Shown here piece by piece: positions 1 to 12,802 of a stretch of 64,000 nucleotides of DNA. Position 1 is the stretch's first letter, and each line of letters begins with the position of its first letter. Made by a program: the position numbers and the translations under genes. Under the pieces are notes generated by a model. It was not told the DNA's origin and made no database searches. It worked only from the letters and a program-made list of their open reading frames with translations. Source of the stretch: Octopus bimaculoides (lineage: Eukaryota); contig NC_068984.1 in assembly GCF_001194135.2 (NCBI RefSeq), positions 84,062,517 through 84,126,516 on the forward strand. The letters run 5' to 3'.

Positions 1-13
1 ATATATATATTTA

Positions 14-297
14 CATTATTCTATCGATATATTCTGTCGGAGTGCTAAGTTACGGAGACGTAAACACACCATCATCAGTTTCTAAGTGATTGTGGTGGGG
101 GCAAAACAAACACAGATACAAATACACACACACACACACACACATATATATAGGATAGCCAAATCCACTGATAAGGCTTTTGTCAGTCCAAGGCTATAGT
201 AGAAGACACTTGCCCAAGGTGCCACACAGTAGGACTGAACCCGGGACCATGTGGTTGGGAAGTGCAAGTTACCGAGCACACAGCCATGCCCATGCCT
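14..297 (-). mobile_element. tRNA-headed SINE family A (CORE-like), degenerate copy
   Basis: Reverse complement reads ATGGCTGTGTG...GGTTCAGTCCTAC...GGCACCTTGGGCAAGTGTCTTCTACTATAG, the same as the full copy at 48797. Confidence 0.85.
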
Positions 298-757
298 ATA
301 TATATGTATATGTATATATATACATATATATATATATACATATATATATATACATATATATATATACATATACATATATATATANNNNNNNNNNNNNNNN
401 NNNNNNNNNNNNNNNNNNNNNNNNNNNNNNNNNNNNNNNNNNNNNNNNNNNNNNNNNNNNNNNNNNNNNNNNNNNNNNNNNNNNNNNNNNNNNNNNNNNN
501 NNNNNNNNNNNNNNNNNNNNNNNNNNNNNNNNNNNNNNNNNNNNNNNNNNNNNNNNNNNNNNNNNNNNNNNNNNNNNNNNNNNNNNNNNNNNNNNNNNNN
601 NNNNNNNNNNNNNNNNNNNNNNNNNNNNNNNNNNNNNNNNNNNNNNNNNNNNNNNNNNNNNNNNNNNNNNNNNNNNNNNNNNNNNNNNNNNNNNNNNNNN
701 NNNNNNNNNNNNNNNNNNNNNNNNNNNNNNNNNNNNNNNNNNNNNNNNNNNNNNNNN

Positions 758-822
<65 letters not shown>

Positions 823-900
823 TATATATATACACATACAAATAAATATATATACAAAGATATATATATATATATATACATACAAATATGTATATAAATA
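298..900. repeat. (AT)n/(AC)n microsatellite spanning an assembly gap
   Basis: Pure dinucleotide arrays on both sides of the N run at 385-757. Confidence 0.95.
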
Positions 901-1215
901 CATAGTGCAACTAATAGAAATGAAACTAATATACATATCCATAGCGAAAGTAATTGAAATTGAAACCATATAATAGTGAAACTTTATATCACATTACAGT
1001 AGAAATGTTATTGCTTCACTTTTACACGTAATATCGAAACAGTGTAAAGAGATAAGTGATTGTTCCGGTCTCGCATTAGGCAAGAAGTTGAAAATGTTTT
1101 GGGCTCATGACTCTTCAAGGGTCCTAAGTAAGGCATGTGTAAAATTTGAATGAAATCGGTTGATTAGTTCTTGAGTTTTAGTGATGCATACACACACACA
1201 CACATATATATATAT

Positions 1216-1352
1216 GTGGGGGTGCTGAAAAGTTTCTGACTTTAAGGGTATCATGAAAGACCTGGTTGGCTATTCAACCTTCAGAGTTCTTTTGCAGGGA
1301 TTAGAAAAACTGAAGGACCACTGCAATAAGTGTGTGAATCTGAGAGAGGAAT
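1216..1352 (+). mobile_element. Truncated non-autonomous mariner (MITE)
   Basis: GGGGGTGCTGAAAAGTT terminus and transposase C-terminal remnant (LEKLKDHCNKCVNLR); same family as 31102-31318; cut by the RTE-tail copy starting at about 1353. Confidence 0.7.
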
Positions 1353-1720
1353 ATCATCATCATCAGCAGCATTTAACGTCCGTTGTCCACGCTGGTATGG
1401 GTTGGACGGTTTGACTGGGCTGGCATGCTGGAAGTTTGCGCCAGACTCCAATCTGATTTGGCATGGTTTTCTATGGTTGGATGCCCTTCCTAATGCCAAT
1501 CACTGTGGAAGTGTAATGAGTGCCTTTACGTGCCACTGACACGGGTGCCATTTGTATGACACTGGTATCTGCCATGATTGCAATTTTGCTTGACTTGAAG
1601 GGTCTTCTTCCCAAGCCAGAGGTTTTGGTCATTGCTTCCGTAAAGCCAACACTCAAAAGGAACTCGGCCACTTTGCCTCCACGAGGCCCAACACTTGAAA
1701 GGAACTCAGCCACCTCTTGT
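1353..1720 (-). mobile_element. RTE LINE 3' end / RTE-tailed repeat (family B)
   Basis: (ATC)n tail, TTTAACGTCC terminus and GGATGCCCTTCCTAA core; the minus strand includes the RTE ORF2 end remnant GFTEAMT. Confidence 0.85.
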
Positions 1721-2084
1721 ATTTTCTTCTACCCAAAGCTGGGAACTTTACAGCACCCACTTGCACGTTGACTTCTTACATTAGCTAAAAGTTACAGGAT
1801 AGGATATTTACTCGAATGAATCAAATTGCTGTAAATTACTTATTGGAACTTAGTTTTATCAACTCTGGGAGGTTGAAGGGCAAAATTCAGTTCATGTGAG
1901 TTCTGAATTCAGAATATAAAGGACTTAACTAAATAATTTTTGTCTGGTACCACTGACATTGATACTTACTCCACTACCCTAGAAAATTTAAAATATTTGT
2001 ATTCTTTACTAAGTACAAGAATTTTAAATTTTCAGGTTTAATATTACAAATACAAACTCTCTAGCTATCTATTTGCTTATCTTT

Positions 2085-2197
2085 CTCTAGATCTATATAT
2101 AATCTGCTTATCTCTGTTTCTATCTTATCTACCAGTTACTATCCACCCATCAATCAATTTACTTCTCTCTTTCCTTTCTCTCTATCAGTCCCACTCC

Positions 2198-2230
<33 letters not shown>

Positions 2231-2590
2231 TACACGCATATATATATATTCATATATATATATATATACATACACACACACACCCACACACATATATGTA
2301 TATGTATATATATATTTATATACATATATATATATAGGTGTATATATAATGTGTATATGTTTGTATATGTGTGTGTGTGTGTGCATGTGCACACACACAC
2401 ACAGATGTATATACACCCACCTCCATATTTTACTACCATACCTGTTTCCTATCAACGTTGGCCTTCCGTGATCTCTTTTGTATATATCTACGTTGTCAAG
2501 GCAACCAACTACTGCCAATCTTTTCTCTCCATTAGTTTCTATTAGTTTCTTTAAACTTGCTTTAGGCTTCCCCCACTCACTCATCCTGAC

Positions 2591-2634
<44 letters not shown>

Positions 2635-2856
2635 AACAGATAATGATAATGATGAGGATAATACACTTCAGTGTTATGATGATAATGAGGATGATGACGA
2701 GGACGATGATGATGATTAGGAGGAGGAGGAGGAGGAGAAGGAGGACAATGATGGAGAGGACGATGTTGATGATGGAAAATACATTACTCTCTGTCTCCTG
2801 CTCAAACACTATGCTTCACTATCTTTTCACTCAAGTTCATTTTCTCTCCTTTATAG

Positions 2857-2897
<41 letters not shown>

Positions 2898-3421
2898 AGC
2901 ATACACATGTAGGCTCTTGCAAATTTATCCCCTCTTTTTGTTTTTTTCAAGATGTCCTCTCCCCACATTTTCTCTCATTTTATTTCTCACTATATTGCTC
3001 TCTCAAGCACTTTTTACACACACACACACATACACACACACACACATACACACACACAATCTCACTACTTTTATTCATCACACACATTTTACTCTTTCTA
3101 TTACTCTCTCTCTCTCTCACTTTACTCTTCCACATACTCTGCTTCTCTCGCCCTCTCTCTCTCCCTCATTCATATATATACATGGTCTTGATTTCCCTCT
3201 GTATGTTCAATGTACAATAGCTTTTCTATTCAAGTGTTTCGTTTGGCTCAGGTGTACCGATTGTTATTAAACACGCATACACCTGTGCACATATGCACAC
3301 AGATACTCCATAAATACTTGGAAACTGCCACAGACACACACAAGCGCGTGCATGCACACATACACATGCATGCACATACACACACATACACACACACACA
3401 GTCAAAACACAACACAAAATA

Positions 3422-3470
<49 letters not shown>

Positions 3471-4060
3471 TACAAGGAAACAAGAAAGTAAGACATGTAT
3501 GTGTGCGTATATTTATATGTGTGAGCTAGTGTGTTTGTGTGAGTGAGAAATAACATAAGAAAGTGTGTGTGTGTGTGTGTGTAAAATAAAGTCAGAGAGA
3601 ATGAGTGTATGTGGTGTATAATGAGAGTTTGTGTATGTGTAAAGAATAAAAAATGTGCATGCGTGAAGAATAAAATGATAGCGTATATGTGTGTAAGGAA
3701 TAATACAAAAGTGTATGCATGTGTATGTATGAGGAATAATGGGAGCAAAAGTGTGTTTGTGTGCAATTTGCTGCCCCACAGCCCTAACTAAACATTGTTG
3801 GTTGGTCATTGGATAAGGTTTCCCTCATGAAATATAGACCAACTGCCGTTATTACAGCAGCAACAGGGCAAATTCTAATTAATTAGACTTCACATGGACA
3901 AGGGAATGCAAACCCCTTTCCTCCCACTTCCTTGTGACATGTGGTGGTTCTGATGGGAGAGAGAGAGAGAGAGAGAGAGTGGGGTGGGGGAGAGAGAAAA
4001 CAATGTCTTTGTGTCTCACTTTTCTTCTGTTGATATATCTTCTTTACATCACTAATTACA

Positions 4061-4098
<38 letters not shown>

Positions 4099-4174
4099 AT
4101 AGATAGCTAGGTTGACAGATAAATAGACAGATATATAGATAGGTAGGTCGGCAGATAGGTAGACAGATAGATAA

Positions 4175-4210
<36 letters not shown>
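2085..4210. repeat. Dense compound microsatellite field: (AT)n, (AC)n, (CT)n, (GAT)n/(GAG)n, (GATA)n
   Basis: Seen directly; accounts for all the low-complexity ORFs in the track here. Confidence 0.95.
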
Positions 4211-4384
4211 CACAGAGGTAAATGAAGAGGAGGTAAAAAGAAATATGAATGACACAAAATATTGCTTTATAGAAAATTTTTCATCAAAATTACAGTTTCT
4301 ATTATAATATCTGAAACCCTACTTTTATGTTGGTTTGTTTTGTTTCATTAATGTTGTGCATACTTGCATTTTGTGACTTTTCTG

Positions 4385-4850
4385 TGTCAGAGTGCTATTA
4401 CCTCTGCTGGTAACCAAGGTTTTCCTCTCAGAGTAAAGAGTAGTTTGTATGATGCAGGCTGTGAATGTGGAAGATTTGTATCAGTTAGAAAGAAATGAAG
4501 TGAGCATGCTCCACTGGATGTGCAGAGTTAGTGTGCATGAATGACAGAGCACAAATGAGCTGAGAGAAAAACTGAAAATTAGAGGAATAAGATATGAACT
4601 ACAAGAGAGAAAAATGTGCTGATACAAACTTGTGATGTGTACAGAGGATGTTAGTTGGATTCAGAAGTTCAGAGAGCTTGAAGTGGATAGAATTTGTAAA
4701 AGGGGAAAACCTAGGGAAACATAGGATAAAGTGAAAACTGATCTTAAGAAGCTGAATGAGAAGACAAATGGCCATGACAGGTTGTGGCACATAGGGTTGG
4801 AGAAGACCTGTCTACCAATGTAAACATGGTAAAATGTTTATGTAAATTGT
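4385..4850 (+). mobile_element. Degenerate RTE LINE ORF2 C-terminal fragment
   Basis: Translates with stops to LERNEVSMLHWMCRVSVHE*QSTNELREKLKIRGI...KRGKPRET, typical of an RTE RT C-terminus. Confidence 0.8.
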
Positions 4851-4868
4851 ACTGATGATTCTTTTATT

Positions 4869-5075
4869 TGTTTCTATCATTTAACTGTGGCCATGTTGGA
4901 GCACTGCCTTAAAGGGTTTTAGTTGAAGAAATTAACCTCAGGACTTATTCTTTGTAAGCCTAGTACTTATTCTGTCAGTCTCTTTTGCCGAATTGCAAAG
5001 TTATGGGAACATAAACACACCAGCACCGGTTGTCAAGCGGTGGTGGGAAGACAAACACAGACACAAAGATACACA
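4869..5075 (-). mobile_element. SINE family A, 3' half
   Basis: Matches the reverse complement of 49000-49169 (TGTGGCCATG.TGGAGCAC...AAGCCTAGTACTTATTCT). Confidence 0.85.
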
Positions 5076-5082
5076 GATCACC

Positions 5083-6360
5083 ATCATCATCATCATCATC
5101 ATTTAACGTCCACTTTCCATGCTAGCATGAGTTGGACGATTTGACTGAGGACTGGTGAACTGGATGACTGCACCAGGCTCCAATCTGATCTGGCAGAGTT
5201 TCTACAGCTGGATGCCCTTCCTAATGCCAACCACTCGGAGAGTGTAGTGGATGCTTTTACATGCCCCCAGCACGAGGGCCAGTCATGCGGTACTGGCAAC
5301 GGCCACACTCAAATGGTGGTTTTTATGTGCCACCTGCACAGGAGTCAGTCCAGTGGCACTGGCAATGACCTCGCTTGAATGTTTTGATCACGTGCCACCG
5401 GCACAAGTGCCAGTAAGGCGACACTGGTAACGATCATGCTCAAATGGTGTGATTTACATGCCACTGGCACGGAAGCCAGACAGGTGCTCTGGTAGTGATC
5501 CTGCTTGGATGGTGCTGTTAGTGCTCCACTGGCACGGGTGCCAGTCATTGAATTTGGTTCAGTTTTGATTTCACTTGCCCCAACAGCTCTTTNNNNNNNN
5601 NNNNNNNNNNNNNNNNNNNNNNNNNNNNNNNNNNNNNNNNNNNNNNCAAAGAAGGAAAGGTATGCATAAGTGGGTTGGCTACACCCCTGGTAAAGGCCAC
5701 GGGTTATGGTCTCACTTGTCTTGCTGGGTCTTCTCACACACAGCATATTTCCAAAGGTCTTGGTCAGAAGTCATTGCCTCGGTGAGGCCTAATGTTCAAA
5801 GGTCGTGCTTCACCACCTCATCCCAGGTCTACCTCCTTCACAGGCACCCTCAGCCGCTAGGCTGTGGCACTTTTTCACACAGCTATCCTCATCCATTCTC
5901 GCCAAATGACCATACCAGTGCAATCGTCTCTCTTGCACTCCACATCTGATGCTTCTTATATCCAACTTTTCTCTCAGGGTGCTTGCACTCTGTCATGTAT
6001 GCACACTGACATTACACATCCATTGAAGCATACCAGTTTCATTCTTTGCGAGCTTACGCATGTCCTCAGCAGTCACGGCCCATGTTTCACTGCCATGTAG
6101 CATAGCTGTTCATACACATGCGTCATACAGTCTGCCTNNNNNNNNNNCTGCCATGTAGCATAGCTGTTCATACACATGCGTCATACAGTCTGCCTTTTAC
6201 TCTGAGCGAGAGGCCCTTTCTCACCAGCAGAGGTAAGAGCTCTCTGAGCTTTACCCAAACTATTCTTATTCTAGCAGCTACACTTTCAGCGTACCCTCCC
6301 CCACTACTGACTTGGTCGCCTAAGTAACGGAAGCTATCAACTACTTCTAGTTTTTCTCCT
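5083..6360 (-). mobile_element. 5'-truncated RTE LINE: ORF2 C-terminus, 3' UTR with tandem hairpin units, (GAT)n tail
   Basis: Minus strand gives EVVDSFRYLGDQVSSGGG...RVKGRLYDACV...LHGSETWAV...ERRLHWYGHLARMDEDSCVKKC...WDEVVKHDL...LTEAMTSDQDLWKYAV, collinear (across a short N gap) with the family B tail. Confidence 0.92.
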
Positions 6361-8207
6361 TGGAATGTGGCAGACAGGTTTATTGTTGTAAGTAGGGTGG
6401 GGGATTACAGAGGAATAATGGAAGAGACTGGGGAAAGAGGAGGGGAACAAGTAGTGTTAGGGAGATGATGGGTAGAAGGGATCCAGTGCTATCTTACATT
6501 ACATCTTCAACATTTTATGTTTGTTTTCCATGCTGGCATGGGGTTGGCTGGCTCATCAGGATCCAGATTAGTTCTCATTGGAGTTATAGTTCCTTTAAGT
6601 CATGGGTTTACATCTTAGTTTTGGCATAGTTTTTGTGGCTGGATGTCTTTCCTAACACCAACTATTTTACAGAGTGTACTGGGTACATTATTGCAGCACC
6701 AGCACCAAAGAGGTTATCATGCTCCAGCAGGACTAAATAATCCTCTCAACTTTGTTAGGCTTTATCAGTAGTATGTACTCACAGCCAGCCACAAGTGTAG
6801 ACGAGATTTGTTAACTCTGATATACAGGAAACAATGAATAAAACATGAGTGTGTGTGTGCACATATATTATTATTATTATTATTATTGGCAGAATTGTTA
6901 GAACATCAGACAAAATACCTTGGAGTATTTAGTTATGGTTCTTTACATTCTGAGTTCAAATCCCAAAGTTTTGGAGTCAATAAAAAAGTATCAGTCAAGT
7001 GCTAGAGTTCATTTTAATTGTCTAATCTGTCTCTAAAATTTTGGTTTCATGCCTATGAAAGAAATTATAATTATGAGGTTGGTAGCTTGGCAAATAAAAT
7101 ACCCCTTGCAGTATTTAGTTATGTTCCTTTACATATTGAGTAAAATTCCACTGACCAATAAAATAAGTACCAGCCATGTACTGGGATTTAATTTTTTCTA
7201 CAATACCTTCCTCTCCTATGTTGGTAGGATAGAAATCCTTATTATTTCCATATGATTGGTGTAACAGAAAAACTACTTCACCGCATTTAGATATGTCATT
7301 TTACAATCTAGATTTCAGTACCTGTCAATTGATTGACTGTTCTTTGTTACAAAATTTTGGGGCTTTTTTTAAATTTAATCTAGGAATCTTTAGTACTATC
7401 ATAAGAGTGGTGGATTAGTAGAATCAGTAGGGAGTGGCCAACAAAATATTTAACAAATTTTGATTATGTCAATTTATCTTCTGAGTTAAAACTCTCACCA
7501 GATTCAAAATTTACCTAGCATTCTTCAGTGGGTGGGTGGAGCAGTAAAATCAGTGCGAGTCAAGTATTTGGGTTTATTTAATTGCTACATCACTCTTATA
7601 AAATGTGTGGCCTTATTCTAAGAGAGGTACAAGACCACAAATTTAGAGAGAAGGTAAAACTGAGAGTGAAACCACAGTTTTGTTACTGTGTTAGAAATAC
7701 TTATTATTTTCATATTTTAGAAACTTGAGATTGTGTACATAATATTTTGGTTTCTAGGTGGAAGATATGTGGCTTCATAGCCATATGCCCTGTGCACTAC
7801 TCTAAAGCTGATTCTCCACAACTTACCTCACAAAGACATGTCAATGAGAGAGCCTCTATATAGTTGCTCAGTGTTATATATAGCAATGAAATTTCCTTCA
7901 AACCATAACCTATTGTCTTAGAAAAAAAGAATGACATTGGATAATGTAGTCTTAGATACACAAAGTCGGAATAAAAGATGGGATGGTCACAGCTAGAACA
8001 CTTTTGATTGACGATCTGCTGGACTGAGTCCAAACAAAAAATTCACAAATTAACTGTGTTTTTAGGTATGACACTGAAATTTCTTCTATCCTTACATGGT
8101 ACAACAATCTCTTGCTAAACTCCTCACTTGTGAATTCTATTTCACTCTGACATCTTGGGTTGAAAGTTTTCATTGTAGTATGTATAGAAAGGGTTTGTAC
8201 CTACCGC

Positions 8208-8614
8208 TGACTGGCTTCCATTCCGGTGGCACATAAAAAGCACCATTTGACCGTGATCGTAACCAGCATTGCCTCACTGGCATTTGAACCGTTGGCACCT
8301 GAAAAACAACATTCAAGCAAGGTCATTGCCAGTGCCGCTGGACTGGCTCCTGTGCAGGTGGCACATAAAAAACACCATTTGAGCATGGCTGTCGCCAGTA
8401 CTGCCTGACTGGCTCTTGTGCTGGTGGCACGTAAAAGCACTCACTACACTCTCAGAGTGGTTGGCATTAGGAAGGGCATCCAGCTGTAGAAACTCTGCCA
8501 GATCAGACTAGAGCCTGGTGCAGTCACCTGGCTCGCCAGTCCTCAGTCAAACCGTCCAACCCATGCTAGCATGGAAAGCAGACGTTAAACGATGATGATG
8601 ATGATGATGATGAT
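8208..8614 (+). mobile_element. RTE 3' UTR copy (family B) with about 3-4 tandem units
   Basis: Repeated GGTGGCACATAAAA units, then GAGTGGTTGGCATTAGGAAGGGCATCC...GACGTTAAACGATGATG. Confidence 0.9.
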
Positions 8615-10530
8615 TCCATCAACTCTGATAAGTTACATGGCCCACTCATTTCCTCTTCTACATCAACAATCTGTTCATTGTCACTATTTAAATTGTTTTC
8701 TCTTAAGCAGATTATATTATCCTTCACTCCTCCTTTACTTTTCATGCACAAGTTTCATCCACACCCAACCTAGATACAACATATCAATCCTTCACTGTAT
8801 CCATGAAGAGAAGGAGACTTCAAAAACATTCTCCAAGGAAGACATGACAACCATGTCCGTGTGTACATCACAAAGACATAATTACTGCACATAACTAGGA
8901 AATAAACTTCCATCTCTCCCTCTCTAATCATTGGTCAATGCACAAAACAGTTAAAGTCTTTAGAAATGATAGGACCTGCAATTACCTATAATCTACCACA
9001 CACACATAGAAAAAGCTGTGTCTCAAAGATTAACATTTTTCTTCAGAGTCAAGTAATATTTGAAGCTGAAGTGAAATTCACAATGGAATACTGCTGCCAC
9101 ATTTGAAACTGGACTAGAGCTGTATACAAAAACATCCTAGACAGCATTTAGCTGATGGCCAAGGATTCACTTCCTCACATGCTCCAACCATTATCCCTCA
9201 GACACATGATCTCCTTACTTTCCTTCTTCTACTGTTACTACAATGGTCTTTATTCCTTAGACCTAGCTAGCTGCATACTTTCTCCAAGCTCTCCCATCAC
9301 CCACTGAGTCACCTCTCTCAAGCCCAGAACTAACAATTTTACCTTGTCTTTTCTTTAAAATTCCCTTTCTATACATGTTGACTTCCAGATGTTCAAGCTA
9401 ACGACAATCTGAGACCAGTGGTGGAGGGTCTGCAAAGGCGATGAACACTGTTCCAGCCTTCAGACAGACAGAAAAAAAAAATACTTGCATTATTATATTC
9501 TTTTATTTCTTCGTGTGTTTTTTATTCTGGTTTTATCTGATTTTGTCAAACTTCTATGTTATAGAACATAACATCAGATTTTAAGTGGTGAAAATACACA
9601 TCTATGTATATATCTATCATATATTTATATAGTCACATATACACATCTATATATCTTGTTAATTTTTATGTCCATTTTTCCAGGCTAGCCAGGGATAGAT
9701 GAATTTATTATTGAGGTATTGTTTTATGACTGGATGTTCTTACTGTCATCAACTAGTTTTTTCACTCAAGGTTATCTTAATCTACATAACCTTGAAGATG
9801 TAACCTGCTGACAAAGAAAATGACAGTAATGTCATTGCCTGTGGCTAGCAATTTTCAGAGAAGTGTAAATGTAACCAAACACATATTGAGAAGAATGGCG
9901 ATAGCAGTTTGTATCTAATGGCGGGAGGTAGTTTCACTACATATACATACATATATATATATATGTGTGAGTGTGTGTTAGATTGCTCTTAAGTGCTACT
10001 GGTTGCATGTAACTCAGTACAACCTGTTGGCAACTAAACTGGCAACACCAGCAAGAAACCCACTTGGTGAGTAGGGTGATTTCTGGTTACCCTGCAGGAT
10101 GAAAAACAAGATCCATTAAAGGGTGGATGAACTCAGAAGGATCAATGCTCATCCAATTACATGATATATATATATATATATATATATTTGCACGAGGACT
10201 TAAAAGTTTCTGGTTTGGTACCAAAGTGTACATTTAGCTTACCAGGGTGAGTTGGACTCTTAGATAACTATAATATATAACTATATATAATATGTAACTT
10301 AGATAACTGTGAAGATAACTAATCCAAGAGATGGAGAGCTCTGATAGAGAAGCCTGAGGTATGATGCTCAATGAATTTGTGGCAAACATTTACACCAACT
10401 TTCTGCTCTAAGCATTTCCAAAACTTTTGGCTGGTCCTACACACTGAAAACAAATCAACTGTGTGGGTAGTCTTAAAGCTAGGTTGTTGGATCTTCATAC
10501 ATACAGACTGACATTACACACACACACAAC

Positions 10531-10595
<65 letters not shown>

Positions 10596-11363
10596 AAGCT
10601 GTTTCTGTATTAAGAAGCAGTATACTCAGAGCTAAGAGCTTGTGCGACATCATATAGTTTCCTCAACTGTAGAGTAATGAAGGTGGACTAATAGGCTCTC
10701 TTCCTATTAAGTTAACCCTAAAGTTTTGTAAATTTCTTTTGGTATTTAGGGAACACTTCAGATTTTTTTTCAACTCATCAGTTATATAGAGGCTTTACTA
10801 TACTTGCTGAAGTTGATAGTTATATAAATAAACGAAAAGATTTAATTAGAATGACTAGAATGAATAATACGAAACTTTTTCAGAATTTCATGACTGAAGC
10901 TTCCTGGGCTTACCCACTTTAAAATGTCTCCTTTGTTGCTTCAAGAACCAGGATGGAGGACAAAAAATGCATCTGGGGACACAGGAGAGATAAGAAGCTT
11001 TAAACAGAACAGGTTATTTGTCATGACTTTTAGACCACTGCATAGATGGCTTAAATAGTATTCTTAAAGGATATGTTTATATACAACTGTCCGCATTGAC
11101 CCTAAATTTCGACTACTTCAGATAAAAGATAAAATATACAATAAACCCTTTATATTTTGGATTTAACAAACCAAATAATAATATTAGCACAGCAAAATAC
11201 TCTTACTACACTTCAAAAATTTAATAATTTTATATTGTGCAATAGTTGTCTTCAATTTCAATGGGCTTTTGGCATCAATGGACACAACTTACCTTCCTCT
11301 TTATTAGTCTGTTAAATTGAGAATTCAAAAGGGATTTTTTTTTTTACTTCATACACAAATATA

Positions 11364-12189
11364 TTGAGTTGTCACATAAATTCATTCATTTCTTTCCACT
11401 GTTATTTGAATTAACACAAAAAATATTTTTATTGTAGTGTTTTATTTTGTTTGTTTCTAAAATTTAAATAAATTTTTATCTCTTTTCAGACATATAATGA
11501 TGTAGTGCCAAGTAGAAGAATATGAGCATTTTTAGTACCTGGCTCTCTTTGCTTTCAATCAAGGTTCCAAAGCTGCTAAAGCCACTCATGACTTTTGTGT
11601 CGTGTACAGAGAAGGCACTATTACTGAAAGAACTGCACAGAAATGGTTTTCATGCTGCAAGGAGAAACTCTCTTTCACATTCTGGCCAGCTGGTTCAGTT
11701 CAATAAGGATGGATTGAATAAGGTCATCCACAAGAATCCCTGTCAATCCACTAGGGAATTGGTCCAGTAGATGGAATGCTTTCATGACACCATTGTCTGT
11801 CACATTCACTCAATGGTGCATGGGTTCTACATGCTCTGAACAAAAGAGAAACTTCAGTCCCAACATTGCTAACTTGACCCAAATGATATTCAAGAGGAAG
11901 TTCTACTGCACTCATTGTATTCTCCTGATATAGTACCTTCAGATTATTACCATTTTTGGTTATTCTCCAACAGTTTGCATTCAACAACAATGTGGAGCTA
12001 AAAACAGGGTTCAATGAATTCCTTGAGTCAAGACCTGGTGATTTCTAATGCCAAAGCATTGACAAGCTAGTGGAATGTTGGCAAAGAGTCATGAACAATG
12101 AAGGAGAATACATTAACTGATTTGTTAAAATTCTTGACCAAAATAAAGATTAAATCAAAAGGAAAAAATGAATTTATTTGACAGGCAAA
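11364..12189 (+). mobile_element. Degenerate, internally deleted mariner
   Basis: Degenerate TIRs with flanking TA; remnants LFAFNQGSKAAKA...ITERTAQKWF...HKNPCQSTREL and SPDIVPSDY...IDKLVECWQRVMNNEGEYI. Confidence 0.85.
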
Positions 12190-12802
12190 TACATCTACTA
12201 AGAAATCCTAGAAAGATCATGGGGTATTCCTCTTTAACAAATAGTCTATTACACTGGTAGAAAGTCACAAAAGTAAAGAAAAACTATTGAATGAATTAAC
12301 CCAGTACATGACTTGGTTATTGTATATGTTACCCTTAACTTTTCAACAGTCTGGTTATAACTATATCACCTTTACTGGTCTGAAGAGTGCCAGCTACAGA
12401 ACCTCTGTGATCACCCAATCTGCTAGAAATAGCAGCCAACTTTCACCAACAGCTGCTAAAAAGGAAAGGCATACATGATACATTATGCACAAAAAAGAAA
12501 GATTACTATAATTTAAATATCTTTGAGCATAGGGCTGAATAGCAACTGGTTTGTTTTAAACTTTTTGAAATTAATTACTGTAATTTCTAATGGTACGGTG
12601 AGAGGAAGATGGGAAATTACCATTACCTTTATCAAGGGTGGAAGTAAGAAACTCTGAAGTCTTAATGCTTACAAGATGCCAAAGTTCCAAGTAGTGGTGT
12701 TAAAAACTATCACTCAAGAACAGGTACAGTTCATCCAACAGACTTTCACAGATTCTGTCCACCCAGTTTCACTCAGAAGGTTTGGGTTAGCTCAAGGTTA
12801 TA

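Noticed and set aside
82-973. Long ORFs on both strands
   Set aside because: Translations of (AT)n and N gaps; the same applies to 27496-28032 and 47569-47883.
2185-4257. Many ORFs rich in His/Thr, Cys/Val, Leu/Ser or poly-Arg
   Set aside because: Microsatellite translations with no domain content.
6090-6194. Exact 47-bp direct repeat around a 10-N gap
   Set aside because: Typical scaffolding overlap artefact.
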